Counted from the stretch's first letter, positions 1 to 9,704 are shown. The stretch is 64,000 nt of DNA from Bacillota bacterium (GCA_023410275.1 JAEYPZ010000059.1:20137-84136); one strand, 5' to 3'. The notes: generated from the sequence alone by a model not told the origin. Numbers and translations: made by a program.

Positions 1-261
<261 letters not shown>

Positions 262-310
262 TGTGTGTTACCTGCTGACTGATTTGTCATTATGTTAAGG
301 TGGTGAAGCT

Positions 311-1570
311 TTGGATAACCGGAAGGCCTTCCATTCAAGTAATAACAGTAAGCATGAAAGCAGGCATCCCTGCTTTAATAACTATGACTTTCACAGTGCT
401 GTTATCCACCTGCCAATGGTTTCCGAGTGCAATATAGACTATTCGGAGGATTCCTTCCGGGGCCATTGTTACGGTGACAGCCAGAAAGCTTCCTGTAACA
501 GGGTGCTGACCCCCCATGAGGCAATGGAGCGTCTCCATGAGGCAAAAAGAACCATTCCGAACCTTACGGTAGCTGCCATATCCGGTCCGGGGGAGCCCTT
601 AGCCGACTTTGATACGGTAAAGGAGACCTTGAAGGCAATCCGCCGGACATATCCGGAAATGCTATTGTGCCTGTCCACCAACGGCCTGCTGCTACCTATC
701 TATGCCAGCCACCTGATTTCTCTGGGAGTTAATTTTATTACGGTAACGGTTAATACCGTAAGTCCCGAGACAGGAGCGAAGCTTTATAATTATATTACCT
801 ATCTGGGACGGAGGTATTATGGGGAGGAAGGCTCCAATATCCTGCTGCAGAATCAAATTTCAGGCATTACTTACCTGGCCTCCATGGGCATATCGGTACG
901 GATGAATATCGCAGCCATAAAAGGGAGAAATGATCATGAAATCCCCGACCTTGTTGGCATGGCCAGGGACTGCGGCTGTAAACTGACCAATATCCTTTTG
1001 CAACCGGCAGGGAGAAAGCAGGATTACAACGGACTGGAAGCCTATAGCGGGGATGAACTGAACGGTCTCAGGCGGGAATGTGAAAATATACTGCCCCAGT
1101 CCTATTACTGCAAGCCCTGTAATGCCGATACCGTAGAAACCCTCAATACCAGACTGTCTCTGGATTTTGATGAGCCTGCGGGAAACAGGGAGGAGGACAG
1201 AAGACCGGATTCCGTCCATTACCGCTTTGCTGTCTGCTCCAGGAACGGAACCCTGACGGACCAGCACTTTGGGCATGCCGCTAAATTTTATATCTATGAT
1301 TTTGAGGATGGTGTTATTACCTTCCTGGAAGGCAGGCCCATTGAACAGTACTGCCACGGAAGCCGGGAAGACAAGGAGGAAGGAAGAATCTATAAGCTTA
1401 TCAAGGCAATTGAAGACTGTAATTGTGTCATTTGCATGAGAATAGGCATTTGTCCCTCCGAGGCTCTGAAAGAGAAAAATATTGACGTGTATACGACCTA
1501 TAATTTAATAGAAGACGGGATAAGAGAAGCAGTAAACCGGTTGTATTCCGGGCTGTCTGTTGATGTATAG
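311..1570 (+). CDS. NifB-like protein with degenerate radical-SAM motif plus C-terminal NifX-like (FeMo-co binding) domain
   Basis: Has HPC, IHLP, SGPGEPLA, CLSTNG, CKPCNAD and the NifX motif AVCS..G..DQHFGHA, but CxxxCxxC reads CNIDYSED. TTG start after AAGGTGGTG. Confidence 0.85.
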   Translation: MDNRKAFHSSNNSKHESRHPCFNNYDFHSAVIHLPMVSECNIDYSEDSFRGHCYGDSQKASCNRVLTPHEAMERLHEAKRTIPNLTVAAISGPGEPLADFDTVKETLKAIRRTYPEMLLCLSTNGLLLPIYASHLISLGVNFITVTVNTVSPETGAKLYNYITYLGRRYYGEEGSNILLQNQISGITYLASMGISVRMNIAAIKGRNDHEIPDLVGMARDCGCKLTNILLQPAGRKQDYNGLEAYSGDELNGLRRECENILPQSYYCKPCNADTVETLNTRLSLDFDEPAGNREEDRRPDSVHYRFAVCSRNGTLTDQHFGHAAKFYIYDFEDGVITFLEGRPIEQYCHGSREDKEEGRIYKLIKAIEDCNCVICMRIGICPSEALKEKNIDVYTTYNLIEDGIREAVNRLYSGLSVDV

Positions 1571-1675
1571 TATTCAGGAGTAAAAAAATAAAATGGGGAT
1601 TGATTTGAAAAATGGGATGCATTTTTCAAATATTAATACAGATTTATCTTTTATATCTTTTAAGATATTAAAGGA

Positions 1676-2401
1676 ATGGAGCTTTCTATGAGAATACATT
1701 ATTTACAGCATGTACCCTTTGAAAATCCCGGTACGATTCTTGCCTGGGCCAAAAATAACAGCTATCCGGTAACCTGTACCAGGCTGTATGAGAATCCGGT
1801 ATTGCCTGATACAGCTGAGTTTGACTGGCTTGTGGTTATGGGCGGGCCCATGAATATCTATGAGGAAGAGAAATATCCCTGGCTTGCCGGAGAAAAGGAA
1901 ATTATCAGGGCAGCCATTGACAGCAGTAAGGTGGTTATCGGCTTATGTCTGGGAGGGCAATTGATTGCGGACGTAATAGGCGGAAGGGTAGTACAAAATA
2001 AATGGAAGGAAATCGGATGGTTTCCTGTAGCCTTCACGGAAGAGGCCCTGTCTCTTGCGCTTTTTTCCCATTTACCGAAAAATCCGGTGGTCTTTGAATG
2101 GCACGGTGACACCTTTACCAATCTGCCGGAGGAAGCAGTGCTCTTAGCATCCAATGAAGCCTGTAAAAACCAGGCCTTTGCTTATGGGAAAAGGGTATTC
2201 GGCTTTCAATTCCATTTGGAAAATACCCCGGAAATAATAACGGCTCTGATAGAAAACTGCCGGGATGAAATGATACCCTCCCACTATGTGCAGAGGGCGG
2301 AAGAAATTCTGGCCGGTACAGCTTATAGGGAGCAGGATAATAAGTGGATGACATTATTTTTATCAAAACTGGCAGCCTGTTATGAAGAAGAATTGATTTA
2401 G
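1676..2401 (+). CDS. Type 1 glutamine amidotransferase-like protein
   Basis: LQHVPFE, VMGGPM, GLCLGGQ nucleophile elbow, WHGD, QFHLE. Confidence 0.9.
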   Translation: MELSMRIHYLQHVPFENPGTILAWAKNNSYPVTCTRLYENPVLPDTAEFDWLVVMGGPMNIYEEEKYPWLAGEKEIIRAAIDSSKVVIGLCLGGQLIADVIGGRVVQNKWKEIGWFPVAFTEEALSLALFSHLPKNPVVFEWHGDTFTNLPEEAVLLASNEACKNQAFAYGKRVFGFQFHLENTPEIITALIENCRDEMIPSHYVQRAEEILAGTAYREQDNKWMTLFLSKLAACYEEELI

Positions 2402-2618
2402 GCAGTAATTCAGCAGCACTGGAAGCAGGCTCAAAGCATGAATCGGAATTGGAGTAATAATCCGAAATACAGTTTTGACTACTGCTTTATCAGTTTCCCA
2501 AGGGAATTTGCTAAATGTATGGGGATACAATTGGAACCAGATAAAAAAATGTGTTGCGTGTTCAGCCTTTTTAGTTGAGCAGCACCAAAAGCAGGATTAA
2601 AGCATGCATGGGGGGAAT

Positions 2619-3158
2619 ATGGAACAGATCAGATATCAGCAGAGAATCTGCACAGAGGAAAGCAAAATAGAAGAATTTCTGACAAAAACCAGGACCGGTG
2701 TGCTCGGAATAGCAGGAGCCGATTATCCGTACTGTGTTCCGGTGAATTATATATGGAAAAACGGAGCCATCTATTTCCATGGCTTAAGCTCCGGCAGGAA
2801 GACGGAGCTCCTGCTTATCAACAGGGATGTAAGCTTTACGGTGTACGAAGAGTTCGGAACGGTAAAGGATCGGGTTCCCTGCCATGCCGACACCTCCTAC
2901 ATGAGTGTTATGCTCTTTGGAAGGGCGGAAAAGGTGGAGGATTTCAAGGAATGTGCGGAGGTCCTGCAGGCCATTGTGGAAAAATTTATGCCCGGCTTTT
3001 ATAAGAGCAGAATATCCTCCTCTCTGGTGGAAAATTACCGTTCGGCCCATGACAAAAAGGCTGTTGCCGTCTATAAGATAATACCCGTGGAAAGAACAGC
3101 CAAGGAAAATGCAGCAGCGGCGGAGGAGCTGTTTAACGGGCAGGAGCGGAATTTATGA
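2619..3158 (+). CDS. Pyridoxamine 5'-phosphate oxidase/NimA-like flavin-binding protein
   Basis: PYCVPVNY..IYFHG..GRK, YMSVMLFG; start moved to MEQ after a GGGGGA RBS. Confidence 0.85.
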   Translation: MEQIRYQQRICTEESKIEEFLTKTRTGVLGIAGADYPYCVPVNYIWKNGAIYFHGLSSGRKTELLLINRDVSFTVYEEFGTVKDRVPCHADTSYMSVMLFGRAEKVEDFKECAEVLQAIVEKFMPGFYKSRISSSLVENYRSAHDKKAVAVYKIIPVERTAKENAAAAEELFNGQERNL

Positions 3159-3229
3159 AAGCATTCTGTAAAGGTGCCTGAACCCTGTGAGGGAAAGGTC
3201 AGGCTTTTCGGCAAAAGGAGGCTGATACT

Positions 3230-4186
3230 ATGGTTATTGAGGAAAAATACAATATGAAGGGGATAACAAGCTATACAACATATCTTTCGGGAAAGATAAA
3301 GGATTGCATCTTGGATGAATACAATGAAATCTGTATAGGGCAGCACCGGTTTATTCCGAGATTTCATAAACCCGATGAGAGGAGCAGGGAGAACAAGGCC
3401 ATATCCTTTTATGAAAGCGGGAAGGTCAAAAGTATAGCTCTGAATGAGCGGGCGGAGGTTTTAACTCCCCTTGGACTGATCCCTGCGGAATTAATCACCT
3501 TTTATGAGAATGGAGCAATTGACAGCGTGTTTCCCTTAAACGGGCAGATTGGCTTCGGATGGTCGGAAAAGGATGAAGAACAGCTTATGGAAGAGGTGGA
3601 ATTTCACTTTCCCTTTGCCAAATTTGCCGCCAAGATAATAGGGCTCAGGTTCTATCAAAACGGAAACCCCAAAAGCCTGATTCTGTGGCCGGGAAAAAGA
3701 ATTGAAATAAAGACTCCCGCAGGAACCTATCCGGTCCGGATTGGTTTTCACCTGTATGAAAACGGGGCTGTTGAATCCTTTGAACCGGCAGTGCCGGTTT
3801 CTGTCGAAACCAGTATAGGCACAATCATTGCCTTTGACCAGAATGCCATGGGAATGGATGCGGATTTTAATTCCGTAAAGTTTTACCCGGACGGAAGCCT
3901 GAAGTCCTTAAGCACGAACAGTGATATTGTGGTCAATAAAATATCGGCAGCAGGGAGAAATGTCATATACCAGCAGCTAAGGCTGGATATGATGACGGGG
4001 GATATGGTGAAAGTACCGGTAGTTATCTCCTTTCAGGAAAATCAGGCAACCATTGACAATGCCGTAGAAAAGCTCACATTTCCCATAGATGATTCCAAGT
4101 TCCTTTTCCTTTATGACGGAAGCTATAAAGAGAAAAAATGCAGCCCCGGCAGTGATTGCTCCGGCTGCGGGGCCTCCTGCATGTAG
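3230..4186 (+). CDS. Hypothetical protein with repeated FYENG-like beta-hairpin units and a C-terminal Cys cluster
   Basis: Repeats FYESG/FYENG/FYQNG/LYENG/FYPDG; ends CSPGSDCSGCGASCM; AGGAGG RBS. Confidence 0.75.
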   Translation: MVIEEKYNMKGITSYTTYLSGKIKDCILDEYNEICIGQHRFIPRFHKPDERSRENKAISFYESGKVKSIALNERAEVLTPLGLIPAELITFYENGAIDSVFPLNGQIGFGWSEKDEEQLMEEVEFHFPFAKFAAKIIGLRFYQNGNPKSLILWPGKRIEIKTPAGTYPVRIGFHLYENGAVESFEPAVPVSVETSIGTIIAFDQNAMGMDADFNSVKFYPDGSLKSLSTNSDIVVNKISAAGRNVIYQQLRLDMMTGDMVKVPVVISFQENQATIDNAVEKLTFPIDDSKFLFLYDGSYKEKKCSPGSDCSGCGASCM

Positions 4187-4228
4187 TCAGAATTTATGGC
4201 AGGCTGGTAGATTGGCTGACTAGGGGTG

Positions 4229-4274
4229 AAAGGATAAAGAATAAAGGATAAAGAATAAAGGATAAATAAAGGAT
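4229..4274. repeat. 7-bp tandem repeat AAAGRAT
   Basis: aaaggat/aaagaat alternating about 6 times. Confidence 0.7.
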
Positions 4275-4311
4275 GAAACCGGATTGAAAAAAGCAAGCGT
4301 GGAGGGAAATT

Positions 4312-4923
4312 ATGGAAATAGCTGTACTGGTCAATTCGTGCGGAAATACATCCGGCTTCGACAGGGACGGGATTATCCGGGTGTATTCCAGGATTCAGTG
4401 TGAATGGACGATTATCAGATATATGGAATTTCGGACGGAAAATATAGTGGACTCCATGGCACTGCATGCGGCAATCAGGGAAATCTGTGATTGGCTGAAG
4501 GACTGCAAGGTAATAGTCGTAAACCGTATACGGGGAATCCACTATATCGCTTTTGAAGAAAAGCAGGTATCCATGCTGGAAATCCCGGGGGTTCCGGAAA
4601 TCTTTCTGGAGGACCTCAGGGAATGTCTTAAACACCAGCGGACGGCGAAAGAAGTACCCATGGAGCATAATGCGGTATTTGAGTTAAGACCAGGTATTTA
4701 TCACACCGATTTGCGTGAGGTGATGAAGGGGCATACTTCCTATAATTCCAAGCAGATTTTACTGCCCTTTTTAAAAAACAAAAAGTACAGCCTCCTGGAA
4801 ATTATCTGCGACCATGTTCCCAAATGGCTGGAAAATGAGCAGACGGAATTAAAATTAAGATATTCCGTCGAAACATACAAGGACTGTATGAAAGTAAAGG
4901 TATATCCGTCAAAGGCAAAATAA
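4312..4923 (+). CDS. anfO: Fe-only nitrogenase accessory protein, AnfO family
   Basis: N-terminus MEIAVLVN..G.TSGF...G.IRVY, ~200 aa, conserved SKQILLPFL and CDHVPKW; nitrogenase context. Confidence 0.8.
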   Translation: MEIAVLVNSCGNTSGFDRDGIIRVYSRIQCEWTIIRYMEFRTENIVDSMALHAAIREICDWLKDCKVIVVNRIRGIHYIAFEEKQVSMLEIPGVPEIFLEDLRECLKHQRTAKEVPMEHNAVFELRPGIYHTDLREVMKGHTSYNSKQILLPFLKNKKYSLLEIICDHVPKWLENEQTELKLRYSVETYKDCMKVKVYPSKAK

Positions 4924-4967
4924 CAGGTGCCAGAAAGCGCAAAGCATGCGCAGCAAGGAGGTAAATT

Positions 4968-5843
4968 ATGTTGAGGACTGAACAAGCAGCCGGTATTGCG
5001 GCAGCTCCGTTACCGGAGTTTATTTTCCCTGATATCGAAGCAGAGGAAAAGACAAAATCACACCCATGCTATAATGGATGTAATCATGAAAATGCCAGAA
5101 TACACCTTCCTGTTGCACCGGGATGTAATATCCAATGCAATTACTGCGTAAGAAAGTTCGATTGTGTCAATGAAAGCCGGCCGGGCGTCACGACCAAAAT
5201 CCTTACTCCCAGGGAAGCACTGGAAAGATACCGGCAGGTGAAAGAAGAACAGCCAAACCTGTCGGTAGTGGGCATTGCAGGGCCGGGGGATGCCCTGTGT
5301 GACTTTGAGAAAACGAAGAGCACCTTACAGCTTATCCGTCAATACGATAAGAATATTACCTTCTGCCTGTCCACCAATGGCTTACTGCTTCCCCGTTACG
5401 CCGGGGAAATAACAGCCCTTGGAGTGAGCCATGTGACCGTGACCTTAAATTCGGTGGACCCGGCGATATCAGCAAAGATCTACAGGTACATCAGATACGA
5501 AGGGGTGGAATACATCGGGGAGAAGGCAGGAGAAATCCTGCTTTCCAATCAACTGGAAGGCCTTAAGAAATTAGTTGAAGGCGGAGTTGTCTGTAAGGTC
5601 AATATTGTAGCACTGAAGGGTATCAATGACAGGCATATCCCAGAGATAGCCGAAAAAGTAAAGGCCCTGGGCTGTTACATCGTGAACATCATGCCCTTTA
5701 TACCGGTAAGGGGCAGCGGCTTTGAGAACCTTCCCCTAACGTCTCTGGAAGAGATTGCAAGGCTCCGGCAGGAGTGCGGGCAGACCATCCTTCAGATGCA
5801 CCATTGCAGGCAGTGCAGGGCTGATGCGGCGGGATGCCTGTAA
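4968..5843 (+). CDS. nifB: Nitrogenase cofactor biosynthesis radical-SAM protein NifB, single-domain form without NifX
   Basis: HPC, CNIQCNYC, NESRPG, AGPGDAL, CLSTNG, CRQCRADA. Confidence 0.92.
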   Translation: MLRTEQAAGIAAAPLPEFIFPDIEAEEKTKSHPCYNGCNHENARIHLPVAPGCNIQCNYCVRKFDCVNESRPGVTTKILTPREALERYRQVKEEQPNLSVVGIAGPGDALCDFEKTKSTLQLIRQYDKNITFCLSTNGLLLPRYAGEITALGVSHVTVTLNSVDPAISAKIYRYIRYEGVEYIGEKAGEILLSNQLEGLKKLVEGGVVCKVNIVALKGINDRHIPEIAEKVKALGCYIVNIMPFIPVRGSGFENLPLTSLEEIARLRQECGQTILQMHHCRQCRADAAGCL

Positions 5844-5886
5844 CAGCTTTCCGTATTGTGCTTCATAATCTAAAGAGGTATAGCTA

Positions 5887-6014
5887 TCACGGCAAACATG
5901 TGAAACAAAATTATAGATACCCAGAGGACAGGTACTGCCTTGCAGGACTAGGGGATTGGTTTGGAGTTTGCCTTGAGAGGTTCTTTATGACACTTAAGCC
6001 GCAGGAAACACTAG
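5887..6014 (+). repeat. Degenerate left-arm copy of the rod-hairpin element (copy D)
   Basis: tcacggcaaac...gactaggggattggtttggagtttgccttgagaggttctttatgacacttaagccgcaggaaa aligns to the 5' halves of the copies at 12592-12870 (reverse complement) and 45211-45330. Confidence 0.75.
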
Positions 6015-6075
6015 ATTCATGTATTTACACAGTTCAGTCTTGCGTATCTATTCAAAGAAATTTTAAGTTAAAGTA

Positions 6076-6316
6076 CAGATGGTTTCTGGTTCCGTTCCTA
6101 CCTTTTCTATTGAGGGGTTCCTTATGACACTTAAATGGCAGCCGTTATGACTAGGTTAAATTACACCAGTGTCTGAGCTCACAATGTTAATATAACCAGT
6201 AATTGTGAAGCGAGTTTGGTGTAATTTAACCTTCCAGTCATAACGGCTGCCATTTTAGTGGAATTGGAACCGCGAATAGAAAAGGTAGGAACGGAACCAG
6301 AAACCATCGTCCGTTT
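6076..6316 (+). repeat. ~240-nt rod-like structured element, copy A (candidate ncRNA or non-autonomous mobile element)
   Basis: Perfect 34-, 18- and 16-bp nested inverted repeats, separated by motifs shared with copies B and C. Confidence 0.85.
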
Positions 6317-6381
6317 CCCAAGACTCTAATCCAAGGAAGTCTGAACTATTACGTTTCCCATGGGATAGCTATCGATTTTAT

Positions 6382-6410
6382 TTGAAATGAGATTGTTAAA
6401 ATGATATAAT
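6382..6410 (+). promoter_or_regulatory. sigmaA-type promoter upstream of apt
   Basis: TTGAAA-N17-TATAAT with TG extension. Confidence 0.55.
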
Positions 6411-6573
6411 ATAAGTTGGGTTTTTAAGAATATTTCGATTCAGGTGTCAAAATACCGGACAGAAATCATAAATTTTTGGCACTTCATGTTAAGTATCGGG
6501 AAAGGATACTTACCGGCAGATAAAATATCACCTATTTAACAATTTATAATATAATAAGAAAGAGGCAGATACC

Positions 6574-7098
6574 ATGAAGAAGTTAGAAGATTATGTCAGG
6601 AGTATACCTGATTTTCCGGAGAAAGGAATTATATTCAGGGATGTAACCAGTGTTTTGCAGGATAAAGAAGGTTTAAAAATGTCTATTGACCAGATGCAGG
6701 CATTATTAGAGGGAAAAGACATTGATGTCATTGTGGGACCGGAATCCAGAGGCTTTATATTCGGTGTGCCCATTGCCTACAACCTGAACAAAGCATTTGT
6801 ACCTGTACGTAAGAAGGGGAAGCTTCCCTGCGAGACCGTTGAAATGGAATATGCGCTGGAATACGGCACAGCAACCATTGAAATGCACAAGGATGCCATC
6901 AAGCCGGGCCAGAAGGTTGCCATCATAGATGATTTGATAGCTACCGGCGGAACCATTGAAGCAATAACTAAATTAATCGAAGGCATGGGTGGTATTGTGG
7001 TTAAGATTATATTCCTGATGGAACTCGAAGGACTTCATGGACGTGACAAGTTAAAGGGATATGATATAGATGCTGTTATTAAATATGAAGGCAAATAA
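6574..7098 (+). CDS. apt: Adenine phosphoribosyltransferase
   Basis: IPDFPEKGIIFRD, ESRGF, RKKGKLP, IIDDLIATGGT. Confidence 0.97.
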   Translation: MKKLEDYVRSIPDFPEKGIIFRDVTSVLQDKEGLKMSIDQMQALLEGKDIDVIVGPESRGFIFGVPIAYNLNKAFVPVRKKGKLPCETVEMEYALEYGTATIEMHKDAIKPGQKVAIIDDLIATGGTIEAITKLIEGMGGIVVKIIFLMELEGLHGRDKLKGYDIDAVIKYEGK

Positions 7099-7400
7099 AA
7101 GGTACTGTTAGCCGGAAACCAACGGCTTGACAATAAAGGACTTGTTGTAAATAGTTGAATCTTTTGGTAGAAACCGTGAAGACTATTTGCAGAGGTCCTT
7201 TTTTAGATTTTGGAAATCACGCCCAATAGGACCGCAGGACAGAATTTTTGTTTTATTGGGAAATCCCTGCATAAGGGTTAAGAAAAATAAGGGCAGAGGT
7301 CAATCTTGACCGACAGAATATGCCATAATAATAAAGGAATTGATTTTTTTTCGTTATTTGTTTATAATTAAGAGATAATTTAAGAACTGGTGGTGATTTC

Positions 7401-9704
7401 ATGGAAGATAATGCGAATAATAAATTGATGGATGAAGATTTATATAGAAAAAAGAATACCGAGTCAATTATTCCTGCTGATTTTACAAGTCCCGATGAGT
7501 TGTACGGTCAGCTGATAAAAATCGTGGAAAGCTATCATCCTTCCGCAGATATTTCCGTGATTGAAAAGGCATACCGTGTTGCAGCAAAGGCCCATCAGAA
7601 TCAAATGAGAAAATCCGGCGAGCCCTATATCATACACCCTCTTTGTGTGGCCATCATTCTGGCAGAGCTGGAACTGGATAAGGAAACCATCGTGGCAGGG
7701 CTGCTGCATGATGTGGTGGAAGACACTGTCTGTACGGTTGAGGAACTGGCAAAGGAATTCAATGAAGAGATTGCACTTCTTGTAGACGGCGTAACAAAGC
7801 TGACTCAATTAAATTATTCCAAAGACAAGGTGGAAATTCAGGCTGAAAACCTGCGCAAGATGTTCCTTGCCATGGCAAAGGATATCCGGGTCATTCTGAT
7901 AAAGCTTGCCGACAGGCTGCACAATATGCGCACCATGCAGTACCAGACCCCCGTAAAGCAAAAGGAAAAAGCCAGGGAGACAATGGATATTTATGCTCCC
8001 ATTGCACAGCGCCTTGGTATATCAAAGATTAAGATAGAACTGGATGATCTGTCCTTAAAATATCTGGAGCCGGAAATCTATAAGGATTTAACGGAGAAGA
8101 TAAACTCCAAAAAAGGCGAAAGAGAAGAAATCATCAATCAGATCGTGGAAGAAGTCCGTTTTCATATAAAGCAGGCTGAAATCGAAGCAAAAATAGACGG
8201 CAGGGTTAAACATTTCTTTAGTATTTATAAGAAAATGGTGAACCAGCATAAAACCCTTGACCAGATATTTGACTTGTTTGCCGTGCGGATTATTGTGGAA
8301 TCTGTAAAAGACTGCTATGCGGCACTGGGTGTCATCCATGAGATGTATAAGCCCATACCCGGCAGATTTAAAGACTATATTGCCATGCCGAAGCCCAATA
8401 TGTACCAATCCCTTCATACCACCCTTATTGGCCCGGGAGGCCAGCCCTTTGAGATACAGATAAGAACCTATGAGATGCACCGCACCGCGGAATACGGTAT
8501 TGCTGCACACTGGAAATACAAGGAAGGCCAGGATGGCAAGAACAGTCAGGATACGGAGGAAGCAAAGCTTACCTGGCTGAGGCAGATTCTTGAATGGCAG
8601 CGGGATATGTCTGATAATAAGGAATTCTTAAGCCTTCTTAAAAGCGATCTGGATTTGTTTTCTGAAAGCGTATACTGCTTTACCCCTACCGGTGATGTTA
8701 AGAATCTTCCCAATGGCTCCACCCCGATTGATTTTGCCTACAGTATTCACAGTGCAGTCGGAAATAAAATGGTGGGCGCAAGGGTCAACGGAAAATTAGT
8801 CAACATTGATTATGTTATCCAAAACGGAGACAGAATTGAGATTATAACCTCCCAGAATTCCAAGGGACCCAGCAGGGACTGGATTTCCCTGGTTAAGAGC
8901 ACCCAGGCGAAGAATAAGATCAACCAATGGTTTAAGACGGAATTAAAGGAAGATAATATTGTAAAAGGTAAAGAGATGATTGCTTCCTATTGCAAGACCA
9001 AAGGGATTGTCTTAAGTGATTTGATGAAGTCGGAATATATGAGCAAGGTTTTGTCAAAGTATGGCTTCAGGGACTGGGATTCCATCTATGCGGCAGTTGG
9101 ACACGGCGGACTGAAGGAAGGCCAGGTCATCAACAAGCTGAAGGATGAATTTGATAAGAAGCATAAAAAAGAAATCACCGATGATAAGGTTTTAGATTCC
9201 ATAACGGAAGTGAAGGAAAATAAACCGGATGTCAAGAAATATAAAAGCGGAATAGTGGTAGAAGGCATTCATGATGTGGCGGTACGCTTTTCAAAATGCT
9301 GCAGCCCTGTACCGGGAGATGAAATTGTTGGATTTGTTACAAGAGGAAGAGGCGTGTCTATTCACCGGACAGATTGCGTGAACCTGATGAACCTGTCGGA
9401 AGAAGACAGGGCGAGGCTGATTGAAGCGGAATGGAATGTACCTCAGGGGAAAGCCCAGGGAGAGCTCTATGCCGCTGAAATTAAGATTTATGCCAATAAC
9501 CGCAACGGGGTGTTGGTGGATGTATCAAAGATACTGACGGAAAATAAGATTGACGTAACCTCTATGACTGTAAGAACCAGTAAACAGGGAACTGCTACCA
9601 TAAGCGTGGGCTTTGAAATTAACGGTGTGGAGCAGCTCCGCTATATTGTAGGTAAGCTCAGAAGCATCGAAAGTGTACTGGACATTGAGCGTACCACAGG
9701 CTGA
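7401..9704 (+). CDS. relA: (p)ppGpp synthetase/hydrolase Rel
   Basis: RKSGEPYIIHP, LHDVVED, KLADRLHN, YQSLHT; TGS and ACT domains. Confidence 0.97.
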   Translation: MEDNANNKLMDEDLYRKKNTESIIPADFTSPDELYGQLIKIVESYHPSADISVIEKAYRVAAKAHQNQMRKSGEPYIIHPLCVAIILAELELDKETIVAGLLHDVVEDTVCTVEELAKEFNEEIALLVDGVTKLTQLNYSKDKVEIQAENLRKMFLAMAKDIRVILIKLADRLHNMRTMQYQTPVKQKEKARETMDIYAPIAQRLGISKIKIELDDLSLKYLEPEIYKDLTEKINSKKGEREEIINQIVEEVRFHIKQAEIEAKIDGRVKHFFSIYKKMVNQHKTLDQIFDLFAVRIIVESVKDCYAALGVIHEMYKPIPGRFKDYIAMPKPNMYQSLHTTLIGPGGQPFEIQIRTYEMHRTAEYGIAAHWKYKEGQDGKNSQDTEEAKLTWLRQILEWQRDMSDNKEFLSLLKSDLDLFSESVYCFTPTGDVKNLPNGSTPIDFAYSIHSAVGNKMVGARVNGKLVNIDYVIQNGDRIEIITSQNSKGPSRDWISLVKSTQAKNKINQWFKTELKEDNIVKGKEMIASYCKTKGIVLSDLMKSEYMSKVLSKYGFRDWDSIYAAVGHGGLKEGQVINKLKDEFDKKHKKEITDDKVLDSITEVKENKPDVKKYKSGIVVEGIHDVAVRFSKCCSPVPGDEIVGFVTRGRGVSIHRTDCVNLMNLSEEDRARLIEAEWNVPQGKAQGELYAAEIKIYANNRNGVLVDVSKILTENKIDVTSMTVRTSKQGTATISVGFEINGVEQLRYIVGKLRSIESVLDIERTTG

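Noticed and set aside
5834..6127. 97-aa ORF after nifB
   Set aside because: It runs across the degenerate and full rod-element copies and has no recognisable motif; probably spurious.
6417..6573. Possible purine riboswitch in the apt leader
   Set aside because: Small hairpins are present, but the purine riboswitch core motifs are not visible.
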